Assembly (NCBI GenBank): GCA_035548175.1
Contig: DASZTO010000052.1
Span: forward strand, 24,128 to 88,127
DNA length: 64,000 nt
Direction of reading: 5' to 3'
Origin: Phycisphaerae bacterium
Lineage (GTDB): Bacteria; Planctomycetota; Phycisphaerae; WQYP01
How positions within the stretch are numbered: the stretch's first letter is position 1; every line of letters begins with the position of its first letter. A model generated the notes under the pieces. It did no database searches. It was not told where the DNA came from and saw only the letters and a list, made by a program, of their open reading frames with translations. Made by a program: the position numbers and the translations under genes. This document shows positions 11,320 through 21,576 of the stretch, piece after piece.

Positions 11320-12594
11320 ATGCGAAAGGCCGCCATGCTCCCCGTTCACCTCGTTCTCCAGCTCATCCCGCAACGCGTCGAACCCCTCACGCCTCAACCG
11401 GTCGCCCTCAGCGACGCCCTCGGCTCCTTCCTGGCGGCCCCCGTCATTCTCGACCTCGATGCCCCTCCCTTCGACCGGGCCGTCCTCGATGGCTACGCCG
11501 TTCGTGCCGCTGACACGGACCGGCTCGAACCGCTGCTCATTATAGGCCATCAGGACGCCGGAGGCCCGCCCTTGGCAACGCCGCTCGGGCCGCGTCAGTG
11601 CATCCGTATCAACACCGGCGCTCCCATGCCCCCCGGCGCCGATGCGGTGCTCATGGTTGAGTTGTCCGAGCCGGTGCCCCTCGACCCGGTAGGGGGGGAG
11701 CCTGCCGCGGAAGCCGCCCATCCCCGCCAGGTTCGCGCCCTCCGCCCCGTTGCCCCCGGTGAGGCCGTCCAACGCCGCGGCCACGACGCCCATGCCGGCG
11801 ACACCCTTCTCCTCCCCGGGACGCGCCTCACCCCCGCGCATATCGCCGTCGCCGCCACCGCCGGGGCCGATCATCTCCTCGTGCGCCGCCCGACCGTCGC
11901 CGTCCTCACCACCGGCGACGAACTCGTCGAGATCTCCGCCCGCCCCGCTCCCGGCCAAATCCGCAACTCCAACCGCCCCATGCTCATCGCCCTCGTTTCC
12001 CAGTTCCTCACCCCCCGCGCCCTCCTCGACCTCGGCAACTGCCCCGACGACGCCCCCGAACTCCGCCGCCGCATCCTCCAAGCCCTCGACAATGCCGACC
12101 TCCTCCTCATCTCCGGCGGCATGTCCTTGGGCACCCGCGACCTCGCCCCCCAGCTCCTCGCCGACCTCGGCTTCGCCATGCACGTTCAAAAAGTCCGCAT
12201 GAAGCCCGGAAAACCATTTCTCTTCGGCTCCCTCTCCCACAACGGCCGCACTCGCTACGTCGCCGGTCTTCCCGGCAATCCCGTCTCGGCCTTCGTCACC
12301 TTTCACCGTTTCGTCCGCGAAATCCTCGCCCGCTTCTGCGGCGCCCCCGCCACACGCCTCCTGACCGCCCGCACCACCGTCGATCTGCCCCCCAATGCCG
12401 ACCGCGAGTTCTATCAGCCCTCCACCCTCACCCTCGAAGATGCCACGCTCCGCGCCATGCCCCTTGCCTGGAAAGGCAGCGCCGACCTCTTCACCCTCGC
12501 CCGCGCAAACGCCCTCCTCGTCCGCCCGCCCGAAGCCCCCGCCCTCCCCGCAGACGCCCCGGTTCCCATCCTCCCCTTCCACGACTTTCCATAA
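11320..12594 (+). CDS. moeA: Molybdopterin molybdotransferase
   Basis: PPFDRAVLDGYA, INTGAPMPPGADAV, TTGDEL, SGGMSLG, MKPGKP, GLPGNPVS. Confidence 0.93.
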   Translation: MRKAAMLPVHLVLQLIPQRVEPLTPQPVALSDALGSFLAAPVILDLDAPPFDRAVLDGYAVRAADTDRLEPLLIIGHQDAGGPPLATPLGPRQCIRINTGAPMPPGADAVLMVELSEPVPLDPVGGEPAAEAAHPRQVRALRPVAPGEAVQRRGHDAHAGDTLLLPGTRLTPAHIAVAATAGADHLLVRRPTVAVLTTGDELVEISARPAPGQIRNSNRPMLIALVSQFLTPRALLDLGNCPDDAPELRRRILQALDNADLLLISGGMSLGTRDLAPQLLADLGFAMHVQKVRMKPGKPFLFGSLSHNGRTRYVAGLPGNPVSAFVTFHRFVREILARFCGAPATRLLTARTTVDLPPNADREFYQPSTLTLEDATLRAMPLAWKGSADLFTLARANALLVRPPEAPALPADAPVPILPFHDFP

Positions 12595-12647
12595 AAAGTG
12601 CCCGCCCCCCTTTACTCTTTTATCCCTTTCCGCTTTTATGCTTTCCC

Positions 12648-13436
12648 ATGCCTCCCCGCAAACGCACCGAATGGCTCCAGATCGGCTCCGGCAAAACCTA
12701 CGCCCACCGCACCCATTGGCCCCTCCAGTCCCTCATCTTCATCCTCCCCCTCCTGCTTTTCTACCAGATCGCCACCGCCATCCATCCCTGGGCCCCCGCG
12801 CCTGACCAGACCCCTCCCCAACTCGTCGCCTTCGTCCTGCTCCTCAAATTCTTCGCCCTCTTCGGCGCCGCAGGCAACATCCTCCCGCCCCTCGCCGTCA
12901 TCGCCATCCTCCTGGGCTGGCATCTCGCACGCAAGGACAAATGGGAATTCGATCCACGCCTCTACCTCGGAATGGCCGGCGAATCCCTCCTCTGGGCCAT
13001 CCCCATCTTCGTCATCGGCCTCGCACTCGTCCGCCACACCTCCATGCAGGCCGTCGCGCCTCCCGCCACTCCCCCCTCCGCCGCCCTCCCCTGGCAAACC
13101 GACATCGTCCTCTCCGTTGGCGCCGGTATCTACGAAGAACTCCTCTTCCGCCTCATCGCCATCACACTCCTCAACATCCTTTTCATCGATATCTTCGAAA
13201 TGAAAACTTCCCACGCCATCCCCCTCATTCTCATCCTCTCCGCCGTCCTTTTCGCCGGCTACCACTACCTCGGCTCGGAATCCTTCGCCACCGGCGGCTT
13301 CGCCACCTTCCTCTTCCGCACCGCCATGGGCATCTATCTCGCCGGCATCTTCATCTACCGCGGCTTCGGCATCGCCGCCGGCGCCCACGCCGCCTATGAC
13401 CTCATCGTCGTCGCCGCCTCCCACCTCCACCATTGA
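12648..13436 (+). CDS. CPBP (Abi/CAAX) family intramembrane glutamic protease
   Basis: YEELLFR, FAGYH and H-AAYD motifs in a multi-TM protein. Confidence 0.85.
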   Translation: MPPRKRTEWLQIGSGKTYAHRTHWPLQSLIFILPLLLFYQIATAIHPWAPAPDQTPPQLVAFVLLLKFFALFGAAGNILPPLAVIAILLGWHLARKDKWEFDPRLYLGMAGESLLWAIPIFVIGLALVRHTSMQAVAPPATPPSAALPWQTDIVLSVGAGIYEELLFRLIAITLLNILFIDIFEMKTSHAIPLILILSAVLFAGYHYLGSESFATGGFATFLFRTAMGIYLAGIFIYRGFGIAAGAHAAYDLIVVAASHLHH

Positions 13437-13470
13437 CCCCTCCCCCGCCCCATCAGGTTACAATGCACGA

Positions 13471-14034
13471 ATGCTCGCCCTCCGCCGCCCCATCTTCCCG
13501 TCCCTTACCGTCCGCGCCGCACTTGTCACCCTCGCCGCCACCGCCATCGCCCTCCCCGCGCTCCTCTTCCTGACGTTCGCGGCGCTGGTCGAGATCACCG
13601 ACTTCTCCACGCTGCCGCCGCATACCTACTTCCTCGCCGCCGCCCTCCTCGCCGCTTCACTGCTCCTTCTCATCCTCGCCTGCCCGCGCCGCCGCTTCAT
13701 CCTCGCGGCCGCCGCCTGTTTCACCCTCTACGCCGCCTCCCTCACCGCCCTCGCCCTCGTCCCCTGGGGTCCGGGAAAAACCTTCGTCTCCCGGCTCAAC
13801 CACATCCAACCCGGAATGACCGTCCCCGAAGTCGACCGCATCATGGCTGGCTACCCCCGAGGCCAGGGCTCCGAATCCGGCCCCATCTCCTGGGGCCCCG
13901 GGACCGCCGCCTCGCCCACGCCCCAAGTCATCCTCTTCCGCCACGACATCACCGACGCCCGCTACGACGCCGACATCGGCGAAGTACACCTCCACAACGG
14001 CCGCGTCACCTCGACCGATTTCCTCCCCGATTGA
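13471..14034 (+). CDS. Hypothetical membrane protein with SmpA/BamE-like C-terminal patch
   Basis: Three TMs then IQPGMTVPEVDRIMAG; host-like codon use. Confidence 0.6.
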   Translation: MLALRRPIFPSLTVRAALVTLAATAIALPALLFLTFAALVEITDFSTLPPHTYFLAAALLAASLLLLILACPRRRFILAAAACFTLYAASLTALALVPWGPGKTFVSRLNHIQPGMTVPEVDRIMAGYPRGQGSESGPISWGPGTAASPTPQVILFRHDITDARYDADIGEVHLHNGRVTSTDFLPD

Positions 14035-14095
14035 CGCCCCCCTCCCCGCCCGTCAATCATCACCTCGCAAGTCCCACGGTTCGGAACACCCCATT

Positions 14096-14437
14096 ATGCC
14101 TACGCCCTTGCCCCCTCCGCCCCTCAACTACCAACCCCCCACCCCACCCTCCTCCGACACCAAAAACCGCTGGTGGAAAGTCCTCCTCCGCATCTCCGCC
14201 GGCGGAATCCTCGGCGCCGCCGCCATCCTCTTCGGCATCTATCTCTACTCCCTCACCTCCCAGCCCATCCTCGGATTCCTCCCCGTCCTCATCCTCTTCG
14301 CCCTCGCCCTCTTCATCACCATCAAATTCCACCGCTTCGGCTACACCGCCGGCGTCATCCTCGCCCCCTTCTTCCTCGCCGCCGCCACCGCACTCCTCCT
14401 CCTCATCATCTGCGGCGGCTACGCCCTCACCAAATAA
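14096..14437 (+). CDS. Hypothetical membrane protein
   Basis: Pro-rich N-terminus with LNYQ followed by three TMs. Confidence 0.65.
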   Translation: MPTPLPPPPLNYQPPTPPSSDTKNRWWKVLLRISAGGILGAAAILFGIYLYSLTSQPILGFLPVLILFALALFITIKFHRFGYTAGVILAPFFLAAATALLLLIICGGYALTK

Positions 14438-14448
14438 TTAAAAAAATC

Positions 14449-14586
14449 ATCGGCGTCCATCCGCGTCCATCGGCGCCCACTCCCCTTTCCATTCAATTCC
14501 ACCACCATTCGTGCAAATTCGTGTGCATTCGTGGACAATTCCCGTCGTCGCCTTTCGTGCGTTTCGTGCCTTTCGTGGCCATTTAC
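14449..14586. repeat. Cluster of short repeats: ATC(G/C)GCGTCC x3, ATTCGTG x3, TTTCGTG x3 ending GGCCATTTAC
   Basis: Right-arm copy of the 9534-9792 element plus a decamer triplet, between convergent genes. Confidence 0.8.
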
Positions 14587-14590
14587 CTCG

Positions 14591-16660
14591 TCACGCGCGC
14601 AGCACCGCCCCAAACCGCTCCTCCAGCACCCCCATCGCCCGCTTCACCTCCCCATCCACCTCCTCGCTCGTCAACGTCCGCCCCGCCTCTCGAAACTCCA
14701 GCGTCAACGTCAGCGACTTCTTCCCCGCCTCCACCCCCTTCCCCCGAAACGTCGTCACAAACTCCACCTTCGCCAGCGATTTCAGCTTCGCCTCCTCAAT
14801 CGCCTGCTCCACCTCCGCCCACCGCACACCCTCCGCCACCACCACGCTCAAATCCCGCTTCACCCCCGGAAACCGCGGCACCGCCTTCGCCCGCCGCACC
14901 GGCTCATACGCCCCCACCAGCGCCTCCCACGAAACCTCCACCCCCGCCACCCCCCCCCCGGTCCCCCCGCGCAAATCAAACCGCTTCACCACCTCCGGCG
15001 CAAACACTCCCACCCACCCGATCGCCTCCCTCTTCCCCCCAACCTCCAGCCACACCCGCCCCGCCGCCCCCTTCACAAAGCATCCTCTATCCGCCGGCTC
15101 CACCCACACCCGCGCCTCCGGATTCATCGCCTCCACCACCACCCGCAGCATCCCCGTCAACGCCTCCACATCCCCCGCCACCGCCGCCAGCATCGCCCGC
15201 TGCGTCGGCGCCTCCTTCATCACATCCCCCCGCTGCACGAAAATCTCCGCCGTCTCAAACACCCGCGCATCACCGATCCCCACATTCTGATTCGTCCGCC
15301 TCACCGCCAGCAGACTCGGCAACAAACTCGGCCGCAACACATCCGCCTTCCACCCCTCATGCTGCGGGTGAATCAGCTCATCCCCCGCCTCCACAAACAG
15401 CTTCCCCTCCGCCTCCGGCACGAACGTCACCGTCACCGCCTCGCTGAACCCCGCCTCCACCAGCGCCCGCCGTACCGCCCGTGATGCCTTCTCCCGCGCC
15501 GGCTCCGGCGCCACAGGATGCGTCACCCGATCCAGCGTCGGCACATGCCCATACCCCTCCACCCGCGCAATCTCTTCAATCAAATCAATCTCCCGATCCA
15601 CATCCAGCCGATGCGTCGGCACGCGCGTGTACAGCAAATCCCGACCGCCCTCCTCCTCATCCACACCCGCCGAAAAGCCCAGCGCGCACAAAATCGCCAG
15701 ACCGCGGTCCGTCGACATCCGATACCCCATGATCTGCTCAAACCGCTTCATCCGCATCCGCACCGTGATCGCCCGCGCCCCGTGCGCCGCTTCCGCCCCC
15801 TCCACCGCCACCCCCGGCACAATCGTCCCGCCGGCCACCTGCACGATCATCTGCGCCGCACGCCGGCTCGCCACCTCCGCCATCGCCGGATCGATCCCCC
15901 GCTCAAACCGATACGACGAATCGCTCTTCAATCCCAACGCCCGCGACGTCGTCCGCACAGAAAGCGGATCAAACCGCGCACTCTCCAGCAAAATGTTCAC
16001 CGTCCCATCCCCCACCTCTGTCGCCTTCCCCCCCATCACCCCCGCAATCGCCACCGGCCTCGTCCCATCCCCGATCACCAGCATCGATGGCGAAAGCTCA
16101 TACGTCTTCCCATCGATCGCCTCCATCTTCTCCCCCGCATGCGCCAGCCGCACCACGATGCGCTGATCCGCCAGCTTGTCGTAATCAAACGCATGCAGCG
16201 GCTGCCCCAATTCCATCAGCACATAATTCGTCACATCCACCACGTTGTTCACCGGCCGCAACCCAATCGACATGAGCCGCTTCTGCAGCCACTCCGGCGA
16301 CGCCCCCACCTTCACCCCACGAATCACCCGCGCCGAATAATACGGACACCCCGCACCCGTCTGCACCCGCACGCTCACCGGCGGCGCCGCCCCCGTATCC
16401 GCCTGAAATACCGGTACCGCCGGCGGTCGAAAATTCCCCCCCGTCAACGCCGCCAGCTCCCGCGCCAACCCCACATGACAAAAACAATCCGTCCGATTGC
16501 TCGTCACTTCCACATCCAGCACCTTCGTCGGCCCCTTCGCCCCCTCCGCCTCCTCCACGCTCTCCACCGGCAACCCCGCATTCATCAACGCCTCCCCCGC
16601 CACCTCCGCCGACGGCCCCGGCGACACATACTCCCCAATCCAATCCATCGCAATCTTCAT
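14591..16660 (-). CDS. pheT: Phenylalanine--tRNA ligase beta subunit (short form lacking the OB/B2 domain)
   Basis: DVEVTSNRTDC, NNVVDVTNY, GQPLHAFD, SYRFERG, DLIEEIARVEGY, RDLS and KKSL in the anticodon-binding domain. Confidence 0.95.
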   Translation of the reverse strand: MKIAMDWIGEYVSPGPSAEVAGEALMNAGLPVESVEEAEGAKGPTKVLDVEVTSNRTDCFCHVGLARELAALTGGNFRPPAVPVFQADTGAAPPVSVRVQTGAGCPYYSARVIRGVKVGASPEWLQKRLMSIGLRPVNNVVDVTNYVLMELGQPLHAFDYDKLADQRIVVRLAHAGEKMEAIDGKTYELSPSMLVIGDGTRPVAIAGVMGGKATEVGDGTVNILLESARFDPLSVRTTSRALGLKSDSSYRFERGIDPAMAEVASRRAAQMIVQVAGGTIVPGVAVEGAEAAHGARAITVRMRMKRFEQIMGYRMSTDRGLAILCALGFSAGVDEEEGGRDLLYTRVPTHRLDVDREIDLIEEIARVEGYGHVPTLDRVTHPVAPEPAREKASRAVRRALVEAGFSEAVTVTFVPEAEGKLFVEAGDELIHPQHEGWKADVLRPSLLPSLLAVRRTNQNVGIGDARVFETAEIFVQRGDVMKEAPTQRAMLAAVAGDVEALTGMLRVVVEAMNPEARVWVEPADRGCFVKGAAGRVWLEVGGKREAIGWVGVFAPEVVKRFDLRGGTGGGVAGVEVSWEALVGAYEPVRRAKAVPRFPGVKRDLSVVVAEGVRWAEVEQAIEEAKLKSLAKVEFVTTFRGKGVEAGKKSLTLTLEFREAGRTLTSEEVDGEVKRAMGVLEERFGAVLRA

Positions 16661-16763
16661 CACCATTCCCTGCAAAAATCACACGCCAACGGCCATCGCG
16701 CCGAACCGCAAACTTTACCAAAACCCCCGCCCAATACCAGATTCCTCAACCCCTGATGGCTCG

Positions 16764-17207
16764 CTACGACTCCCCCTCCCGCGCCCGCCTCCCCACAATC
16801 TGGAACCGATGATACAGCATCGTGAAACCATGTCTCCGCGCGATCTCCTGCGCCACCGCCGTGATCGCGCCGCTCTCGATGGGAATGATCTTCCCGGTCT
16901 CCAGATCCACCAGATGATCGTGCGCCGTCGCCGACCCCTCCCCGCCCACAAAGTCATAATGCGCCTGCTTCCCCCCGCCGAAATGCGTCTGCCGGATCAA
17001 TCCCGCTTCCAGCAGATGTTTCAGCGTCCGATAGATCGTCGCCTTCGAAATCCGATACTCCGACTCCCGCAGCGACAGCAGCAACTCCTCCGCCTCGAAC
17101 GGCCGCCCGAACTTCTGCACCGCCTTGAGCACCGCCAGCCGCTCCGTCGTGTACTTCAGCTTCCGCTGCCGTAAAAAATCCCGGAACTCATGCTCTGGCG
17201 TTTCCAT
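16764..17207 (-). CDS. fur: Fur family transcriptional regulator
   Basis: YTTERLAVL, ISKATIYRTLKHL, AHDHLVDLETGKII. Confidence 0.85.
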   Translation of the reverse strand: METPEHEFRDFLRQRKLKYTTERLAVLKAVQKFGRPFEAEELLLSLRESEYRISKATIYRTLKHLLEAGLIRQTHFGGGKQAHYDFVGGEGSATAHDHLVDLETGKIIPIESGAITAVAQEIARRHGFTMLYHRFQIVGRRAREGES

Positions 17208-17305
17208 CCGGCCATCATCGAGACCGCCGCAATTCCCGTCAATCTCGCCCCCCGCCGCCCGCGCGGCTACACTCACCCATTCACGTCCCTTCGCAGGAGC
17301 CCGCC

Positions 17306-18433
17306 ATGCGCGATTCCCGTCTCGATCAGCTCGCCGCCGTCCTTGTCAATTACTCCACCGCCGTCAAAAAAGGCGACCTCGTCCGCATCGGCGGCAACGC
17401 CGTCTCGCTTCCGCTCATGGAAGCCCTCCACGTCAAAGTTCTCCAGGCCGGCGGTTTCCCCTACTTCGACATCGCCACCGACACCCTGACCGAAGACCGC
17501 TTCCGCTTCTCCTCCGACGAGCAGCTCTCCTTCGTCAACCCGCTCACCATGTTCGCCGTCGAAAAAATGGATGTCTACTTCGGCATCGGCGGCGACGGCA
17601 ACACCAGGGCTCTCACCAACGTCCCTCCCGCCAAGCAGGCCCTCGCTTCGCAAGCCCGCAAGCCCTTCCTCCACCGCCTGCTCGAACGCGCCGCCAAGGG
17701 CGAGCTGCGCTGGACCGCCACGCAGTTCCCCTCCGCCGCCGCCGCCCAGGATGCCGAGATGTCCCAGCACGAATACGCCGACTTCGTCTTCCGCGCCGGC
17801 CTGCTGCACCTGCCCGATCCCGTCGCCGCCTGGCGCGCCCTCTCCGAAAAACAGCAGCGCCTCGTCGATCTGCTCAACAAAGCCAAGGAAATACGCGTCC
17901 TCGGCCAAGGCACCGACCTCCGCCTCGCCGTCGAAGGACGCACCTGGATCAACTGCGACGGCCACGAAAATTTCCCCGATGGCGAAGTCTTCACCGGCCC
18001 CATCGAAGACGCCACCGAAGGCTCCATCCGCTACTCCTTCCCCGCCGTCTACCACGGCCGCGAATGCCAGGACATCACCCTCACCTTCAAAGCCGGCAAA
18101 GTCGTCGACGCCCGCGCTTCCAAAGGCCAAGAATTCCTCCATCACATGATCGACCAGGACGCCGGCGGCCGCATCCTCGGCGAGTTCGCCATCGGCACCA
18201 ACTTCGGCATCACCCGCTACACCAAAAATACCCTCTTCGACGAAAAAATCGGCGGCACCTGCCACGCCGCACTCGGCGCCGCCTACCCCGAAACCGGCGG
18301 CAAAAATCAGTCCGGCCTCCACTGGGACATGGTCTGCGACCTCCGCGCCCCCGGCCGCAAAATCCTCGTCGACGGAAAACCCCTCCTCGAAAATGGCCGC
18401 TTCCTCAACCCCGATTTTCCCAACGCCTCGTAA
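17306..18433 (+). CDS. M29 (thermophilic metalloprotease) aminopeptidase
   Basis: NFPDGEVFTGP, LGEFAIGTN, LFDEKIGGTCHAALG, SGLHWDMV. Confidence 0.93.
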   Translation: MRDSRLDQLAAVLVNYSTAVKKGDLVRIGGNAVSLPLMEALHVKVLQAGGFPYFDIATDTLTEDRFRFSSDEQLSFVNPLTMFAVEKMDVYFGIGGDGNTRALTNVPPAKQALASQARKPFLHRLLERAAKGELRWTATQFPSAAAAQDAEMSQHEYADFVFRAGLLHLPDPVAAWRALSEKQQRLVDLLNKAKEIRVLGQGTDLRLAVEGRTWINCDGHENFPDGEVFTGPIEDATEGSIRYSFPAVYHGRECQDITLTFKAGKVVDARASKGQEFLHHMIDQDAGGRILGEFAIGTNFGITRYTKNTLFDEKIGGTCHAALGAAYPETGGKNQSGLHWDMVCDLRAPGRKILVDGKPLLENGRFLNPDFPNAS

Positions 18434-18571
18434 GTGCCGCGCCCGGCGGCGAGGGCGTCAAGCAGAAGACCCGAAGAACGAAGATTTCAGCGCGATGGTC
18501 GGGTGTCCATTGGCGTTATGGAGTGGATCAGCACACGACCACTCGCATCACATCTCTCCACGGGCCGCACG

Positions 18572-19174
18572 TTATCGCTGCGTCGCCGCGGCCGGCTTCT
18601 CCGCCAGCAGCGCTTCGACCTTCTTCTCAAACTGCCCGCCCAGGTCGGAGCTGCTCACGATCCCATTGCGATCAATGAGGAAAAAGGTCGGAATAGTCCA
18701 CACTCCGAGTTTCGTCGCCACGGGGTTCCATCGCGTTTTCTCATCCTTCTGCGATTCCTCCCGCAACTGCGGCCAGGGCATCTCATGGTCTTTGATGAAG
18801 CTGTTCAACTTCGCCTCGTCCGGATCGCAGCTCACCCCGATTACCTCCAGCCCCCGATCGTGGTACTTCGCATACGCCTTCTGCACCTCCGGCAGCGTTA
18901 TCTGACACGGCGGGCACCAGGTCGCCCAGAAATCCACCAGGATCACCTTCCCCTTGTACGCCGAGCTGGAAAATTCCCCTCCTGTGCTCGTCCGCCCCTC
19001 GATCACCAGCGGCTTACCCACGAGGGCCGCCCGGCGCGCGTCCATCTCCCGCTCCCACTGCTCCATTTTCGTCGCGTCCGGCGCATCCGCGCCGCGCAAC
19101 ACCGGCCCCAGCGCCGTCGCCGCCACCACGATCAACAGCCAATACTTCGCACGCATCGCCGATCTCCCAGACAA
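18572..19174 (-). CDS. TlpA/ResA-like thiol-disulfide oxidoreductase
   Basis: Signal peptide; VDFWATWCPPC; IPTFFLIDRNG. Confidence 0.9.
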   Translation of the reverse strand: MSGRSAMRAKYWLLIVVAATALGPVLRGADAPDATKMEQWEREMDARRAALVGKPLVIEGRTSTGGEFSSSAYKGKVILVDFWATWCPPCQITLPEVQKAYAKYHDRGLEVIGVSCDPDEAKLNSFIKDHEMPWPQLREESQKDEKTRWNPVATKLGVWTIPTFFLIDRNGIVSSSDLGGQFEKKVEALLAEKPAAATQR

Positions 19175-19202
19175 TACCTTGTCGCCTGCCGACTTCGTCC
19201 CA

Positions 19203-19664
19203 TTACTCCCGCCAGCTCCGCCCCTTCTTCTTCTCCGAGTTCTTCCGCTTCGCCTCCACCCGCCGCGCCTTCGCCGCCGCCGAGACCTTCCGCCTCTTGC
19301 GCACCTTCGGCTCCACGCGCGCCTTCTCTATCAGCTCCCGCAGCTTCGTCATGCACGCCCGCCGGTTCGATTCCTGCGTCCGCTCCGAGTCCGCCGTCAA
19401 CAGCAGATCTCCCTCCGGCGTCACCTTTCGTCCCGCCAGCGTCCGCAGCCGCTCCAGCGCCCGATCGCTCAACCCGTGAATCGCCGACACCGCTATCCGC
19501 AGCTCCGTCTTCGTGTTCACCTTGTTGACGTTCTGGCCCCCAGGACCGGACGAGCGCGAAAAACCAAACCGCAACTGCTCGCGATCCGTCCACACGCCGG
19601 GAGCAAGCTGAACCCCCGGCAGAAACGGAGCCGGGGCGGAAGATGTCGTCGCCGAGCTGGCCAT
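19203..19664 (-). CDS. arfB: Alternative ribosome rescue peptidyl-tRNA hydrolase ArfB
   Basis: FSRSSGPGGQNVNK, RTQESNR, basic C-terminal tail. Confidence 0.92.
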   Translation of the reverse strand: MASSATTSSAPAPFLPGVQLAPGVWTDREQLRFGFSRSSGPGGQNVNKVNTKTELRIAVSAIHGLSDRALERLRTLAGRKVTPEGDLLLTADSERTQESNRRACMTKLRELIEKARVEPKVRKRRKVSAAAKARRVEAKRKNSEKKKGRSWRE

Positions 19665-19907
19665 GTCGCCATTGTACGCGGTTGAGCCATTGTCGGGGAG
19701 GGGCGCCTTCGTTTATTGTGTAAGCGGCGATTGAGGTAACGATTTCACCTGGACGTTTCCCCCGGCAGCCGTTTTACGCGGTTTCCGGAACCTTCGTTGA
19801 TGCGCCTTCAGGAGATCGTCTTGACCCAGTCGCCGCCAAAACCCGCCGATTCTCGCAGCCGATCCGCCCCGTTGCTTCATCTGGGCCACCCCGACGCACA
19901 CGTGCCC

Positions 19908-21542
19908 ATGTTCGAGGCTCCCGAATCCGCCTCCGCCCCCGTCACCCCCGTGCGCCTGGCCATCTTCATTGGATGCGCCGTTTTCGCCGCTTTTCTCGGC
20001 CTCTACTTCGAGGGCGTCGGGGATGCCGCGGTCACGCCGCAGGTCGCCCTGCCCTGGGTCCTGCCCTTCGTGCTGCTGCTGGGCTGCATCGCCACCATGC
20101 CCTTCGTCGCCAAGCATTTCTGGGAAAAGCATTACCACCACGTCGCCCTCGCCCTCGCCTGCCTGATCACCGGCTATTACCTCCTGGGACTCCACGCCGG
20201 CGGCTCCATGGCGAAAAGCTTCGGCGAATACATCTCCTTCATCTTCCTCCTCGGTTCCCTCTTCACCGTCTCCGGCGGAATCCTCATCCGCGTCCGCCGA
20301 AAGGCCACCCCAAAGGTCAACGTCGCACTCCTCCTCGCCGGGGCCCTCATCGCCAATGTCTTCGGCACCACCGGCGCCGCCATGCTCCTCATCCGCCCCT
20401 ACCTCCGCATCAACAAAGCCCACCTCCGGCCCTACCACATCATCTTTTTCATCTTCCTCGTCGCCAACGTCGGAGGCTCCCTTACCCCCATCGGCGATCC
20501 TCCGCTCTTCCTGGGATACCTCAAGGGCGTCCCCTTCTGGTGGGTCCTCTACCACTGCTGGCCCATGTGGATCGTCGCCGTCGGCGTCCTGCTGATCACC
20601 TTTTTCATCATCGACACCCGCGCCCACGCCGCGGAACCTCGCGAAGACCACGATCCCCACGACGCCGGCCCCGCCATCTCCATCTTCGGCGTCTCCAACC
20701 TCCTGCTGGTCTTCGCCATCCTCGCGGGCATCCTCCTGCACGATCAACTCGTCCACATCATCCACATCCCCTGGCGCGAACTCATCATGACCGTCGCCGT
20801 CGCCATCTCCCTGGCCACCACGCCCCAGCGCATCCACCTCGAAAATGTCTTCAATTTCGCCCCCATCCGCGAGGTCGCCTTCCTCTTCATCGGCATCTTC
20901 GCCACCATGGTCCCAGCCCTCAATTTCCTCTCCAACCACGCCAACGACACCGCCCTGCGCGAATACCTGCAAACCCCCGGACAGTTCTATTACAAGTCCG
21001 GCGCCCTCTCCTCCGTCCTCGATAATGCTCCCACCTACCTCACTTTTCTGGAGACCGAAACCGGCAAGCTCGACAAAAATCTGCAAACCGTCGCGATGCA
21101 GGTCGTTGCCGACAAAACCAGGAGCGCCCCCGATGATGCCGACTACGCCCGCCTCAAAGCCATGAACCCCGAAAAATACGCCGACCCCGCCGCCTTCGAC
21201 GCCGACAAGGCGGCTCTTCGCCAGGCGCTCCTCGCGCTCGAGGAGTATCACGGCGACGCCGTCACCACCGGCGCCCTCACGCCCGATCAGGTGAAGCTCG
21301 GCTTCCTGCTCGGCGAGGAAAAACTCAACTGGTACATCGTCGCCATCTCCCTGGGTTCGGTCTTCTTCGGCGCCATGACTTACATCGGCAACGGGCCTAA
21401 CTTCATGGTCAAGTCGATCGCCGACCACGCCGGCGCGCCCACGCCGTCGTTCTTCGAATACATTTACCGCTATTCCGCGCCCATCCTTCTGCCCATCCTC
21501 ATCCTCGTCTGGGCGCTCTTCCTGCTCCACCGCGGCGGCTGA
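19908..21542 (+). CDS. Putative Na+/H+ antiporter (IT superfamily)
   Basis: Multi-TM; GTTGAAMLLIRP, ANVGGSLTPIGDPPLFLG, SSVLDNAPTY, MTYIGNGPNFMVK; start could extend to 19797. Confidence 0.8.
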   Translation: MFEAPESASAPVTPVRLAIFIGCAVFAAFLGLYFEGVGDAAVTPQVALPWVLPFVLLLGCIATMPFVAKHFWEKHYHHVALALACLITGYYLLGLHAGGSMAKSFGEYISFIFLLGSLFTVSGGILIRVRRKATPKVNVALLLAGALIANVFGTTGAAMLLIRPYLRINKAHLRPYHIIFFIFLVANVGGSLTPIGDPPLFLGYLKGVPFWWVLYHCWPMWIVAVGVLLITFFIIDTRAHAAEPREDHDPHDAGPAISIFGVSNLLLVFAILAGILLHDQLVHIIHIPWRELIMTVAVAISLATTPQRIHLENVFNFAPIREVAFLFIGIFATMVPALNFLSNHANDTALREYLQTPGQFYYKSGALSSVLDNAPTYLTFLETETGKLDKNLQTVAMQVVADKTRSAPDDADYARLKAMNPEKYADPAAFDADKAALRQALLALEEYHGDAVTTGALTPDQVKLGFLLGEEKLNWYIVAISLGSVFFGAMTYIGNGPNFMVKSIADHAGAPTPSFFEYIYRYSAPILLPILILVWALFLLHRGG

Positions 21543-21576
21543 AATCCCCGGTAATGTCCCTTCTGGGCTGCCCGCT

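Noticed and set aside
14173-15484. Long Pro/Arg/His-rich + strand ORFs over pheT
   Set aside because: Shadow frames produced by extreme C skew; low complexity; pheT on the - strand has the real motifs
19720-19815. Possible fluoride or other riboswitch upstream of the antiporter
   Set aside because: Only loose GGCGAT and TGATG words; the required pairings could not be built
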